DNA of 64,000 nucleotides from the NCBI GenBank assembly GCA_963677595.1, contig OY782041.1:4000001-4064000 (forward strand), in the 5' to 3' direction. Made by a program: the position numbers and the translations under genes. The notes under the pieces were generated by a model. That model worked only from the letters and a program-made list of their open reading frames with translations, did no database searches and had not been told where the DNA came from. Source of the DNA: Spirochaetia bacterium (GTDB lineage: Bacteria > Spirochaetota > Spirochaetia > CAKZLE01). Position 1 is the stretch's first letter, and every line of letters begins with the position of its first letter. Shown here piece after piece: positions 8,841-18,836 of the stretch.

Positions 8841-10133
8841 TCAGTCCCTGAGGCAGCCTATGGGGACGACCTTGACCCCATCAGGTCGGGTATAGGCGAT
8901 CTCTCCACCGGTTATGATGATCAGGGCTCCAGGTTCCCTGATAGCAGTTCCTCCCTTCTGCTGATTCACCTTACGTATGAGCCTTTCTACTTTCAGGAGA
9001 TGGGAAGCTCCTTCCTCGATCCCCCTGCTTCCCAGCTTGAATTCGATCAGGGCATATCTCCCATCGTCCAGGTGCAGGACAGCGTCAACCTCCAGGTTGG
9101 TCCGATCATGGTAATATGACAGTCTGCCTCCTGAAGAAGCTGCATATGCAGAGAGATCTCTCATACAGAGATTCTCAAAGATGAAACCGAAGGTCTCGAA
9201 GTCCTGCAGCAGCGCCTCCGGACTCAATCGAAGTGAGGCAGTCATGATGGACGGGTCTATGAACATCTTCTTTGTCGTACTGCGCATCGCTGTCTTTGAG
9301 CGAATCGCAGGATTCCAGGCGGGAACATCAGATATCACGAACAGGCGGTTCAAGGCACTCACATATTCATAGAAAGCAGATTGTGAAAGCCTGTTATTGG
9401 CATTGATATCTTCTAGAATCGTCTTATTCGAAGCGAGTGTACCGATATTCCTTGCATATGATCTCAATACGCTCTGGACCTTTCCGGGATCCCTTCTGGT
9501 ATGGTCAATCGAGGATATATCACTCTCAATGATCGAATCAACATAAGCCTTTGATACCAGCAGCTTCGCTTTATCACTGGTCTTACTGAGACTTGCAGGC
9601 CAGCCTCCCCTGCATGCAGCAAAGACCAGGTTCTCGATACTGAGTCCTGACAAGCTGCCATCTATATCATACTGCTCATCATACATGAGTTCATGTAAGG
9701 AAATAGTACCATTCGATTCCCCAGACTCGAACAGACTCATCGGGAGCATCTGAAGCCTTGCGATCCTACCTGTCCCTGAATGCATGATCTTAGATTCATC
9801 TACAGTCGTTGAACCAGTAAGGATAAACAACCCTTCCTGTCCAGCTGAATCGATGAAACTCCTCACTGCATCCCATAAAACTGGTGCCATCTGCCATTCA
9901 TCTATCAATCTCGGATATGACCCTTTCAAGAGGAGCGATGGTTTTATCTCAGCCGTGGCCAGATACCTGCTGGAAGTGTCCGGATCCTGCAGCTTCACCA
10001 TACTCTTTGCCTTCTGGCTTGCACTTGTGGTCTTGCCGCACCACTTTGGTCCTGTCAGCAAGACTGCTCCGAAAGCTTCAAGATAATCATCCAATATCGT
10101 GTCGATAATCCGCGGCAGATAGTTCATCAGCAT
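8841..10133 (-). CDS. AAA_14/DUF4143 ATPase
   Basis: GPKWCGKTT, LIDEWQ, ILTGS, FENLC, EVDAV...IEFKLG. Confidence 0.92.
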   Translation of the reverse strand: MLMNYLPRIIDTILDDYLEAFGAVLLTGPKWCGKTTSASQKAKSMVKLQDPDTSSRYLATAEIKPSLLLKGSYPRLIDEWQMAPVLWDAVRSFIDSAGQEGLFILTGSTTVDESKIMHSGTGRIARLQMLPMSLFESGESNGTISLHELMYDEQYDIDGSLSGLSIENLVFAACRGGWPASLSKTSDKAKLLVSKAYVDSIIESDISSIDHTRRDPGKVQSVLRSYARNIGTLASNKTILEDINANNRLSQSAFYEYVSALNRLFVISDVPAWNPAIRSKTAMRSTTKKMFIDPSIMTASLRLSPEALLQDFETFGFIFENLCMRDLSAYAASSGGRLSYYHDRTNLEVDAVLHLDDGRYALIEFKLGSRGIEEGASHLLKVERLIRKVNQQKGGTAIREPGALIIITGGEIAYTRPDGVKVVPIGCLRD

Positions 10134-10180
10134 CCTCCCCTGTATGTAGTATACATCAGAATGCTATTCCATCAAACAGT

Positions 10181-10267
10181 AAAAGAGAGATTTGTCATAT
10201 TTTAAAAGAGAGATTTGTCATATTTTAAAAGAGAGATTTGTCATATTTTAAAAGAGAGATTTGTCAT
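10181..10267. repeat. Tandem repeat, 23-bp unit, ~3.8 copies
   Basis: AAAAGAGAGATTTGTCATATTTT perfect at 10181, 10204 and 10227; partial copy at 10250. Confidence 0.95.
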
Positions 10268-10279
10268 TTAAATAAAAAG

Positions 10280-10309
10280 TTGACGATAAAATCTCCTGAG
10301 ATTTATAAT
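10280..10309 (+). promoter_or_regulatory. Sigma70-type promoter of the patatin gene, with an internal palindrome
   Basis: TTGACG-N18-TATAAT; spacer contains AAATCTC-CT-GAGATTT; ATG follows 6 nt later. Confidence 0.6.
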
Positions 10310-10314
10310 TATCC

Positions 10315-12453
10315 ATGAGTAAAAAGTTACTGGCCCTGGTACTGCTCTTCCTGTCAATGATGTCCTTTACTTTCCCGGATGATGAGAGACCGGTTGTAGC
10401 CCTCGTACTCTCAGGGGGAACCCTCGGGCTGGCCCAGATCGGGGCGTTGGAGGTCATCGAAGAGGTCGGGATACCGATCGATATGGTGATCGGGACCAGT
10501 ATCGGGTCGCTGATCGGCGGGCTCTACGCTTCCGGGTACTCCCCCGGGGAGCTGAAGACGATCGTCGACGCGATTGACTGGCTCGATATCGTCTCTGGCT
10601 CGGTAAGCAGCGGCGATGCCCACGAGAAGCAGTTCTCCTTCGGCTTTGGCCGTCAGGTATTCGGCAGGCAGATGGGACTCATCCCTGACCAGGCATTCCT
10701 CAGTACGCTCTCAAGACTCTTCCTTCCGGTCTCCGGTACCCGCGATTTCGACGATCTCCCCATCCAGTTCCGGTGCGTCGGCACAGACCTGATCACCGGG
10801 GAGACGATCGTGTTCTCTCACGGGAGGATCGTCCAGGCTGTACGCGCCTCGATCGCGTTCCCAGGGGTCATATCTCCCTACCCCATAGACGGCGTCTACT
10901 ACTTCGATGGCGGGATCACGGCGAACCTTCCCGTGGAGATCGCACGGAAGATGGGAGCCGATATCATCATAGCGGTGGAGAACCTCACACCCCCGCTGCA
11001 TGCGGTCGATGATTTCAGCTTCTTCGGTGAAGTGCCGATACAGGCCACGATCTTCATGCTCCAGCGTACAGAGGAGGAAGCCCTCAAAGAGGCAGACCTG
11101 GTCATCCAGCCTGATTTCGAAGGACTGGCCTGGAGTGACGTCTGGAAAGTGCATGAGACCATCGAACGAGGCAGGCTTGCTGCCGAACAGATGAGTGGCC
11201 CACTCGAGGACCTGGCAGCCCGGATCAGTGAGACCCGTCCCCTGGAAGTAAAGGATCCTCACAGAAGGCTGCTCACAGCTGGCTCTCCTGAAGCTATAAC
11301 CCTAGGGATTGATACAGAAGCCGGTAGGGATCAGGATCTTCCTGCTGCACTCTTCGCAGGAATCGACGGATGGCTGCTTGATGATGTGCACCTGACCCTG
11401 CTTGATGCGAGGATCAAGCGGACCGTTTCCGTGCTGCCGTTCGAGTCGATCGGGTACGGACTCACAGCTGGAGATGCTGGTCAGGCCACACTTGAGTTCT
11501 TCCCGGTACCGCAGGCAAAGGGGCTGCACAGCATCGGGACCGCCATGGGGTTCAGCACAGCTATCAATCCGATCTCCGGGGCTTTATCCTTCTCCCCGGT
11601 CTTCCTCAATTCCATGGAGCTCACCGGTATCACGACAGAAGGTTCAACTCTTTCTGTAGATGTTGACCTGCAGCAGGACATAACGATCTCCCTCGGGTTC
11701 AGGCAGCCGGTTTGGGAGGGGTTCTCCCTTGCTCCCCATATCAGCTACGGGCAGGAATACAGCTTCGTCACGGGTGCGAGTATCAACCATGCCTTCGAGT
11801 GGGGGATCAGTGCGGTATATGAGATACCGCTCATCCTCACTGCCGGGATAGATTACACCACTGCAGATCTCTGGGAAGATGCGTTGTCTGGAGTTACATC
11901 GGACCATATATCCATCCTGTCTCCCTTCCTCACCTGGGATACAGCCTACCGGTCCGTGTTCAGCCACCAGGGTGCAGCTGGCAGGTTCTCTGTATCATTC
12001 CCGCTTTCAGGAGGTTCTTCCTGGTATTACCACATAGCGGCAGAGCACCACCAGTACCTCCCGGTCTCCCCTGAGGGGACTCTCTTCCTCGATCTCAGGC
12101 TCAACTCCTACCAGGGGAGTATCCTCTACCCGGACTTCCTGCTTGATGCCGGGGGATGGGACGGCATCCCGGGCTATATGCCTGGGGAACTCCCCGGCAC
12201 GCATGCCCTCCTCATCGGTGCCGGGTACCGGCACAGGCTGCCAAGCGTATCACGGACCATCGGCATGGACAGTTTTCTCATTGCTGGGATAGGGGCAGGC
12301 AACGGTTATACTGGTTTCCCCGGCTGGGATGCCCTCTCCCTCCGCTACGGCGGTGTTGTGGGGATCGGTATCGATACCCCGGCAGGGAATATCATGAGCG
12401 GGTTCGGGCTTAACGACCAGCTGGGTTTTTCCTGGTACCTGGTATTCAACTGA
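10315..12453 (+). CDS. Patatin-like phospholipase with probable C-terminal beta-barrel (PlpD-like)
   Basis: Signal peptide; LVLSGG, GTSIG and DGG motifs; beta-strand-like C-terminus. Confidence 0.8.
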   Translation: MSKKLLALVLLFLSMMSFTFPDDERPVVALVLSGGTLGLAQIGALEVIEEVGIPIDMVIGTSIGSLIGGLYASGYSPGELKTIVDAIDWLDIVSGSVSSGDAHEKQFSFGFGRQVFGRQMGLIPDQAFLSTLSRLFLPVSGTRDFDDLPIQFRCVGTDLITGETIVFSHGRIVQAVRASIAFPGVISPYPIDGVYYFDGGITANLPVEIARKMGADIIIAVENLTPPLHAVDDFSFFGEVPIQATIFMLQRTEEEALKEADLVIQPDFEGLAWSDVWKVHETIERGRLAAEQMSGPLEDLAARISETRPLEVKDPHRRLLTAGSPEAITLGIDTEAGRDQDLPAALFAGIDGWLLDDVHLTLLDARIKRTVSVLPFESIGYGLTAGDAGQATLEFFPVPQAKGLHSIGTAMGFSTAINPISGALSFSPVFLNSMELTGITTEGSTLSVDVDLQQDITISLGFRQPVWEGFSLAPHISYGQEYSFVTGASINHAFEWGISAVYEIPLILTAGIDYTTADLWEDALSGVTSDHISILSPFLTWDTAYRSVFSHQGAAGRFSVSFPLSGGSSWYYHIAAEHHQYLPVSPEGTLFLDLRLNSYQGSILYPDFLLDAGGWDGIPGYMPGELPGTHALLIGAGYRHRLPSVSRTIGMDSFLIAGIGAGNGYTGFPGWDALSLRYGGVVGIGIDTPAGNIMSGFGLNDQLGFSWYLVFN

Positions 12454-12569
12454 GGAGGGGGTTGCGTGTTCCTCACTCGATCCCCTGGGGTTTTCCTATG
12501 GGTTTTTCTTGTAAAACCCTATAGGGTGGATGTATAATGAGTTAACGTACACGCACGAGGTCCCTGTCT

Positions 12570-13586
12570 ATGATCCATGATTCAAAGCATATATGGAAGC
12601 TAATCAGTATACTCCTTATCATCATGCTCACCTGTCTCGTAACCGGGTGCAGGGCACAGAGAGCCAATACCTCACAACCAGAGGATGACGGAATCATCGT
12701 GGGGTTCTCCCAGATCGGTGCAGAGAGCGCCTGGAGGAACTGCAACACCCGATCAGTCCAGGATGCAGCGGCTGAACAAGGAGTACAGCTGGTGTATGCC
12801 AATGCCGAGCAGAAACAGGAGAACCAGATACAGGCACTCCGCTCCTTCATCGCCTACCAGGTCGATGTGATAGCCTTCGTGCCGATCGTCACGGACGGCT
12901 GGGACAATGTCCTGCAGGAAGCCCGGGATGCCGGGATCCCGGTCCTGGTCACTGACCGGAAGATCGAGGTCGCCGACCCGTCACTCTATGCTGGGTTCAT
13001 CGGCACCGACAGCCTGAAGGAAGGCAGGAATGCAGCTCTGTTCCTCCTCGAGAAGTTCGCAGACGAGATAGAGCGGTTCGCAGAGACCGGGGAGTTTATC
13101 AACGTCGTGGAACTAGTCGGAACGGAAGGCTCATCTGTTGCCATAGGCCGTGGGGAAGGTTTCAGGGAAGTCCTCGATGAGCACCCTGAGTTCAAGATCA
13201 TCTACAGCGAATCGGGGGATTTCCTCCGCTCGAAAGGCTACGAGCTCGCGGTCGACTTCCTCGATGCCTATGATGATATAGACGTCATCTTCTCCCACAA
13301 TGACGGCATGACCCTCGGTGCCATCGAGGCCATGGAGGAGAAGGGAATCAAACCTGGTTCGGACATCGTGATCGTCACGATCGACGCACAGCAGGCAGCC
13401 ATCGATGCGCTGCGCGAGGGCAAGGTAAACTGCGTCATAGAGTGTAACCCAAAGACCGGCCCCGACATCATGAAACTCGTCGAGAGACTGGCAGCCGGGG
13501 AGAACATCCCGAAACTCCAGTACGTCAAGGAAGAGGTCTTCTATGAGACCGACGACCTCTCCCTCATCGCGCCGCGCGGGTATTGA
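12570..13586 (+). CDS. Sugar-binding lipoprotein (YtfQ-like), probably sensory
   Basis: Lipobox LVTGC; VGFSQIGAESAWR, KQENQI, HNDGM, ECNP. Confidence 0.88.
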   Translation: MIHDSKHIWKLISILLIIMLTCLVTGCRAQRANTSQPEDDGIIVGFSQIGAESAWRNCNTRSVQDAAAEQGVQLVYANAEQKQENQIQALRSFIAYQVDVIAFVPIVTDGWDNVLQEARDAGIPVLVTDRKIEVADPSLYAGFIGTDSLKEGRNAALFLLEKFADEIERFAETGEFINVVELVGTEGSSVAIGRGEGFREVLDEHPEFKIIYSESGDFLRSKGYELAVDFLDAYDDIDVIFSHNDGMTLGAIEAMEEKGIKPGSDIVIVTIDAQQAAIDALREGKVNCVIECNPKTGPDIMKLVERLAAGENIPKLQYVKEEVFYETDDLSLIAPRGY

Positions 13587-13587
13587 G

Positions 13588-15060
13588 ATGAAGAGCGATA
13601 GATCGATCATAGACAGGATATTCTCCGTCTTCAACAGCTCGAGCATCAAGGAGAGGATAAAGATCTCCTATGTGATCATCATCCTCCTGATGATCACGCC
13701 CCCGGTCATCACGGTCGTCTCCTTCGTCGTCCAGATGGTCCGCTACGACCTCATCATCACCAATGTCAGCAAGACGAACCGCCTCAACCAGACGGTCAAG
13801 ATGGATGTCTCCAACGAGATCTGGGACATCGTGGCCGGGAACAAGAAGTTCGATGAAGGCAGCCAGTACGAGATCATCGACGGCATAAACGAGAGCCTCG
13901 ATGACATCATGCGGACTACCGACGTGAGGAAGAACCGCCAGATGCTCGAGGTGGCAGGCCGGGCAGTCGAGACCCTGAAGCGCAATGTGGACCGGCTCGG
14001 CATCCAGATGGCGAACCAGTCGCTGGTGAGTGAGAACGAGGAGAGTCTTGACGAGATCAGGGGGGTATCTGCCCTGATCTCGGATATCCTGCAGGACTTC
14101 ATCGTCCTCGAGATCGAATCTGCGACAGTCACGAATGAACACAACAAGCGGGTGACGCTCGTACTTACGGTCATACAGGTCTTCACCGTCTTCTTAGTCA
14201 CCATCTTCGCCGTGTTCACCCAGCGGTCGGTTACCGCAAGCATCAACCAGCCGATCAAACGGCTGGAGAACCTCTCCACCCGGATCGCTGAGGGGGATTT
14301 CACCGCCAGGGTGAGATTGCCCCAAGTGAGCGAGCTCGACGGCCTGACTGACAACCTGAACATCATGGCAGTCAAGATCCAGGAACTGATCGCGGAGAAC
14401 ATCAGGGAACAGCAGAACCTCCAGAAATCGGAGATGAAGGCCCTCCAGGCGCAGATCACGCCCCACTTCCTCTATAACACCTTCGACACAATCGTCTGGC
14501 TTGCCGAGGAGAAGAAGAATGACCAGGTCATCGACATTACACGGGCCTTCTCGAGCTTCTTCAGGATATCGCTCAACAAGGGGAAGGATTACCTGACCGT
14601 CAGGGAGGAGTTCGAGCATGTCAGGAGCTACCTCACCATCCAGAAGATCCGCTACCGCGATATCCTGGATTATGACATCACCTACGAGCCGGAGATGGCC
14701 GACCGTGAGATCCTGAAGCTGGTACTCCAGCCGCTGGTGGAGAATGCCCTCTACCATGGGATAAAGAACAAGCGGGGCCGCGGCCTGATCACCGTCAAGG
14801 GCTGGCGAGAGGCAGGACGCCTCTGCTTCTCTGTCGAGGACAACGGCATAGGCATGACCGAAGATCAGCTTGCCAACATCACCAAGCAGATCAGAAGCAC
14901 GGCTGACCCGGTGGGGCTGAGCACGGTCTACGGTCTGTACAATGTAAACAAGCGCCTTGAGCTCTATTATGATGCGAGCACGAGGCTAAAGATAACCAGC
15001 CGGTATAAGGTAGGCACGACCGTCACGTTCAGCGTGCCTGAGGTAGAGGCCAATGTATAA
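13588..15060 (+). CDS. YesM/LytS-family sensor histidine kinase
   Basis: Two TM segments, HAMP, ALQAQITPHFLYNT, LQPLVENALYHG, EDNGIG. Confidence 0.92.
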   Translation: MKSDRSIIDRIFSVFNSSSIKERIKISYVIIILLMITPPVITVVSFVVQMVRYDLIITNVSKTNRLNQTVKMDVSNEIWDIVAGNKKFDEGSQYEIIDGINESLDDIMRTTDVRKNRQMLEVAGRAVETLKRNVDRLGIQMANQSLVSENEESLDEIRGVSALISDILQDFIVLEIESATVTNEHNKRVTLVLTVIQVFTVFLVTIFAVFTQRSVTASINQPIKRLENLSTRIAEGDFTARVRLPQVSELDGLTDNLNIMAVKIQELIAENIREQQNLQKSEMKALQAQITPHFLYNTFDTIVWLAEEKKNDQVIDITRAFSSFFRISLNKGKDYLTVREEFEHVRSYLTIQKIRYRDILDYDITYEPEMADREILKLVLQPLVENALYHGIKNKRGRGLITVKGWREAGRLCFSVEDNGIGMTEDQLANITKQIRSTADPVGLSTVYGLYNVNKRLELYYDASTRLKITSRYKVGTTVTFSVPEVEANV

Positions 15061-16642
15061 GGTATTCATCGTAGAAGACGAGATCGTGGTACGGGAGGGA
15101 CTGCGCAACAGCGTACAGTCCGGGGGAGGTCCCTTCGTCCTCGCGGGAGAGGCCTCGGATGGGGAGATGGCCCTGTCGATCATGAAGGACGTGAAACCCG
15201 ACATCCTCATAACCGATATAAAGATGCCCTTCCTTGACGGCCTTACCCTCTCGAGGATCATCAAGAAGATCCTTCCCTGGATCAAGATCATCATCATCTC
15301 AGGCCATGACGAGTTCCAGTACGCCCAGGAAGCTATCTCGATCGGGGTTGACGAGTACATTCTCAAACCCGTCTCTGCCGCTGACATGCTTTCAACCCTC
15401 AACAAGCTGGTTGAGACGATCGAGCAGGAGAAGCTGAACCTCTCAAGCATCGAGAACCTGAGGCTGCAGGCCCAGTCAAGCTCGGACCTGCTCAAGGAGC
15501 GCTGGCTCTGCGACCTGGTGACCGGGATCGTCAAGACGGAGGATGCCCTTGAGAAGGGCCGTGATATGGCCGTCGACCTCATAGCCCACGCATACCTCGT
15601 CGCGATCATCAAGCTGTCCGCCCCTGCCGGGAACTATGCCGACCTGATCTCTGCAAAGCTGAAGATCAACAGCCTTGTAGACAACCAAGAAGATATCATC
15701 TGCTTCTCCCAGAGCAGGGATACGATCATCCTGCTGTTGAAGCAGCTTGGGGGCGAATCGAGCGAGGAGACAGCGTATACGCTTGGCCAGGCGATAAAGT
15801 ACGAGGTCGAACGGAACACGGACTGCATGGCAGCGATCGGGATCGGTTCTGCAGTCGAAAGGATCGGGGGCCTGCCCCGGTCCTATGCTGATGCGGAGAA
15901 GGCCATACGGTTCCTCGTGAGGACCGGGCAGAAACTGATACTCAGTCACCATGACCTGAACTCCTTCTCAGAGATCGATTTCCTGAAACTTGACGGGAAC
16001 CCCATCTCGGAACAGCTGAAATACGTGAAGCGGTCTGGTATCGATGAGATCATCGCCGATTATATCAGGAGGATCGGGGACACCCCCTTCCAGGCCACGC
16101 TCATCGGCTACTACCTGCTGTGTGACCTGATCGTGGCAATATCGAAGATCATCGAGGAACTCGGCGGCGATATCGCCGAAGTCATACCCTCGCTGTCACA
16201 GAAGACCCAGCTCTCGGAGATAGCCGGGTCGAAGGAGACCTTCTGTGACGGGGTCCGTCTCATCCTCGATACCTTCATAACCTTCCGGGAATCAAGGGCG
16301 GCGGGTAAATACTATTCCATGATCCAGAAGGCAAAGCAGCATATTAACAGCCATTTCGCTGACCAGGATATCTCCCTGCATTCCGTGGCATCGGTCGTGC
16401 ATGTCAGCCCCAACCATTTCAGCACCATCTTCTCCCAGGAGACGGGGGAGACCTTCATCGAATACCTCACCCAGGTCCGTATCAGCAGGTCGAAAGACCT
16501 GCTGCTGTCAACAAACTTGAGGAGCGCTGATATAGCCTATGATGTAGGATTCGGGGACCCCCATTACTTCAGCTTCATCTTCAAGAAGACCACAGGCATC
16601 TCTCCTAGGGAATTCAGGGCTGGAGGCACCTGCCTGTATTGA
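15053..16642 (+). CDS. YesN-family response regulator (REC + AraC HTH)
   Basis: IVEDE, DILITDIKMP, C-terminal VGFGDPHYFS. Confidence 0.92.
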   Translation: MYKVFIVEDEIVVREGLRNSVQSGGGPFVLAGEASDGEMALSIMKDVKPDILITDIKMPFLDGLTLSRIIKKILPWIKIIIISGHDEFQYAQEAISIGVDEYILKPVSAADMLSTLNKLVETIEQEKLNLSSIENLRLQAQSSSDLLKERWLCDLVTGIVKTEDALEKGRDMAVDLIAHAYLVAIIKLSAPAGNYADLISAKLKINSLVDNQEDIICFSQSRDTIILLLKQLGGESSEETAYTLGQAIKYEVERNTDCMAAIGIGSAVERIGGLPRSYADAEKAIRFLVRTGQKLILSHHDLNSFSEIDFLKLDGNPISEQLKYVKRSGIDEIIADYIRRIGDTPFQATLIGYYLLCDLIVAISKIIEELGGDIAEVIPSLSQKTQLSEIAGSKETFCDGVRLILDTFITFRESRAAGKYYSMIQKAKQHINSHFADQDISLHSVASVVHVSPNHFSTIFSQETGETFIEYLTQVRISRSKDLLLSTNLRSADIAYDVGFGDPHYFSFIFKKTTGISPREFRAGGTCLY

Positions 16643-16657
16643 CAGTCTGCGGGATGT

Positions 16658-17749
16658 CTATCCCTGGTCCCCGGTCTTCTGGCTGCCTGGGAACCGCAGC
16701 CAGGGCGGCAGTGAAAGGCTGAACTCCCTCCTGTCACGCAGCGACATGACCACACTCTGCAGCACGATGAAGAGGTAGAGCAGGAGGCCGCTCACGATCG
16801 CCTGGAAGTTCGACTGTACACCTGCCGCACGGATCAGTTCATTGATCACCAGGAGGGTCAGCGTGCCGATCGGCGCACCGAGCAGGTTCCCTACCCCGCC
16901 GTTGAGCAGCGTACCTCCTATGATGGCGGAGGCGATCGCCTTCATCTCAGCCCCTGCAGCGTTACCGACATTGCCGGCGCCTGTCGTCATGATATAGACG
17001 AACCCCGCGATGCCGGCAGTCAATCCGCATATCACGTAGGTGAGGAATATCGTCTTCTTCACATTGATGCCAAGCATCATGGCGCTGCTGCTGTTCCCGC
17101 CGACCGCATAGACGTTACGCCCGAAGCGCGACCACTTCATCAGCAGAGCAAGGAGGATGAGGAGGATTACCACGACGATGACCCCCGGCTTGATCTCACA
17201 GGGGATGAAGACGCCAAGCCGGTTCTTCGTGCCGAGCCAGGGGATCACGATATCGAAATCCCTCAAGCTCACGAACGAAGGCATGGTCACATTGATCGGG
17301 TCCTTGTGCAGGGTCGTCAACAGCCCCTGAGCCAGGAACAGCCCTGACAGGGTGATGATGAACGGCTGGATCTCAAGGTAGGCGATGAGGTAGCCCTGCA
17401 GGATACCGAATGCCAACCCTATGCCAAGGGCAACGAGTACCGCCCCACCGATGCTCCCCATCTTTGATTCCAGCATGACCGCACAGGCCATGGTCACCAG
17501 TCCGCATACGGCACCGATGGAGATATCGATGCCGCCCCCGATCATGACGATACACAACCCAAGTGTCATGATGATGAGCGGGGCATTGAGGTTGAAGAGG
17601 TCGATGAAGGTCTGGAACTGCAGGAAACTGTTCGGGAAACTGATGATCGCAAAGAGGTACATCAGCACGAATATGACTGCAGCTATGAGGAAGAGCAGAT
17701 TCGAATTGGATAGTCTCGTCTTAGGTTTTGTTATGTTCACCTTTCCCAT
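16658..17749 (-). CDS. Sugar ABC permease (YjfF-like)
   Basis: GGIDISIGA, FGRNVYAVGGN, AIIGGTLLNGG; start ATG at 17749. Confidence 0.88.
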   Translation of the reverse strand: MGKVNITKPKTRLSNSNLLFLIAAVIFVLMYLFAIISFPNSFLQFQTFIDLFNLNAPLIIMTLGLCIVMIGGGIDISIGAVCGLVTMACAVMLESKMGSIGGAVLVALGIGLAFGILQGYLIAYLEIQPFIITLSGLFLAQGLLTTLHKDPINVTMPSFVSLRDFDIVIPWLGTKNRLGVFIPCEIKPGVIVVVILLILLALLMKWSRFGRNVYAVGGNSSSAMMLGINVKKTIFLTYVICGLTAGIAGFVYIMTTGAGNVGNAAGAEMKAIASAIIGGTLLNGGVGNLLGAPIGTLTLLVINELIRAAGVQSNFQAIVSGLLLYLFIVLQSVVMSLRDRREFSLSLPPWLRFPGSQKTGDQG

Positions 17750-17750
17750 C

Positions 17751-18836
17751 CTACTCCTCCTTAGTTCCCGGTGTGGTTGAACCTGCGGCCACTGCAGCCT
17801 GCATGGGCCTTCGCCGGCCCCGAATCCTCTCGAGGATCTTCCCTGCATAGGCCCTGACTACCGGTGACGCTACTACCATGAGGATCATGATGAAGACAGC
17901 CTTGAAGACCTTGATCATCGCAGGCTCGATCTCCAGGCGGAGAAGGGTCCTGTTGAGCATCTCGATCGTGTACGCACCGATGATCGAGCCGGTGATGCTG
18001 AACTTCCCTCCGCCGAGCGAGTTCCCGCCTATTGCCACGGCAAGGATCGCGTCCATCATGATGAGCTTGAGCAGGTTCACGCTGTCGTGGCGTCCCGCCT
18101 TGTTGACTGCGATGAAGCCTGCTACTGCGGAACAGACTCCCAAGATGAGGAAGGTCAGGAATATGATCTTCTTCGGATTGATGCCGTTCAGTCGCGCTGC
18201 ATTCGGGTTGATCCCCACCGACTCCACATAGAGCCTGAGGTTGGTGACCTTGAACAGGATAGCTACGATCACGATGAATACGACAGTCAGGATGATCGGG
18301 GTCTGCACCGGCACCCCGGGGATGACCGTGCCGATCTGGTTCGAAATGTCGTTGGCCAGGATGGGCGAGAGCTTGCCGTCGATCATGAAGGCAATTGACC
18401 GCCCTCCCGTGAACAGGATAAGCGACGCGACCATCGGCTGGACCTTGAATACCGAGACCAGAGTCCCGTTGAAGGCCCCGAGGAGAAGCCCTGCTAAGCA
18501 GCTCACAAGGAAACCGGCCACGATGGTCAGCAGCGTGACTTCCCCGGCGTGCAGGACGAACATGACGAATACTGCAGAGGTGATGGTGGCCACCACCCCT
18601 ATGCTTATGTCCTGGCCCTGTGAAGCTGCAGTGACCAGGGTCATACCGATCGACAGGATGACCAGTTCCGAGGCCCCGAACAGGATGTTCGGTATGTTCC
18701 CGTACAGGGCACCGTTGACCACGGTGATGCTGAAGTAATCAGTACCCTTGATCAGGTTGATGACGATGAGCAGCACCATGACCGAGATGGGGAGGAACAG
18801 GTGTGATACGTTCAGTCTCTTTGTACTCATGATCAC
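17751..18836 (-). CDS. Sugar ABC permease (YtfT-like)
   Basis: QDISIG, VGINPNAARLNG, DAILAVAIGGNSLGGG. Confidence 0.88.
   Translation of the reverse strand: MIMSTKRLNVSHLFLPISVMVLLIVINLIKGTDYFSITVVNGALYGNIPNILFGASELVILSIGMTLVTAASQGQDISIGVVATITSAVFVMFVLHAGEVTLLTIVAGFLVSCLAGLLLGAFNGTLVSVFKVQPMVASLILFTGGRSIAFMIDGKLSPILANDISNQIGTVIPGVPVQTPIILTVVFIVIVAILFKVTNLRLYVESVGINPNAARLNGINPKKIIFLTFLILGVCSAVAGFIAVNKAGRHDSVNLLKLIMMDAILAVAIGGNSLGGGKFSITGSIIGAYTIEMLNRTLLRLEIEPAMIKVFKAVFIMILMVVASPVVRAYAGKILERIRGRRRPMQAAVAAGSTTPGTKEE

Noticed and set aside
10181-10267. CRISPR array
   Set aside because: Units are contiguous with no spacers, and there are no cas genes in the window
12482-12527. CCC-TAT-GGG-like palindromes in the sensor SBP promoter
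   Set aside because: Short and low-complexity, with no second site or cognate regulator
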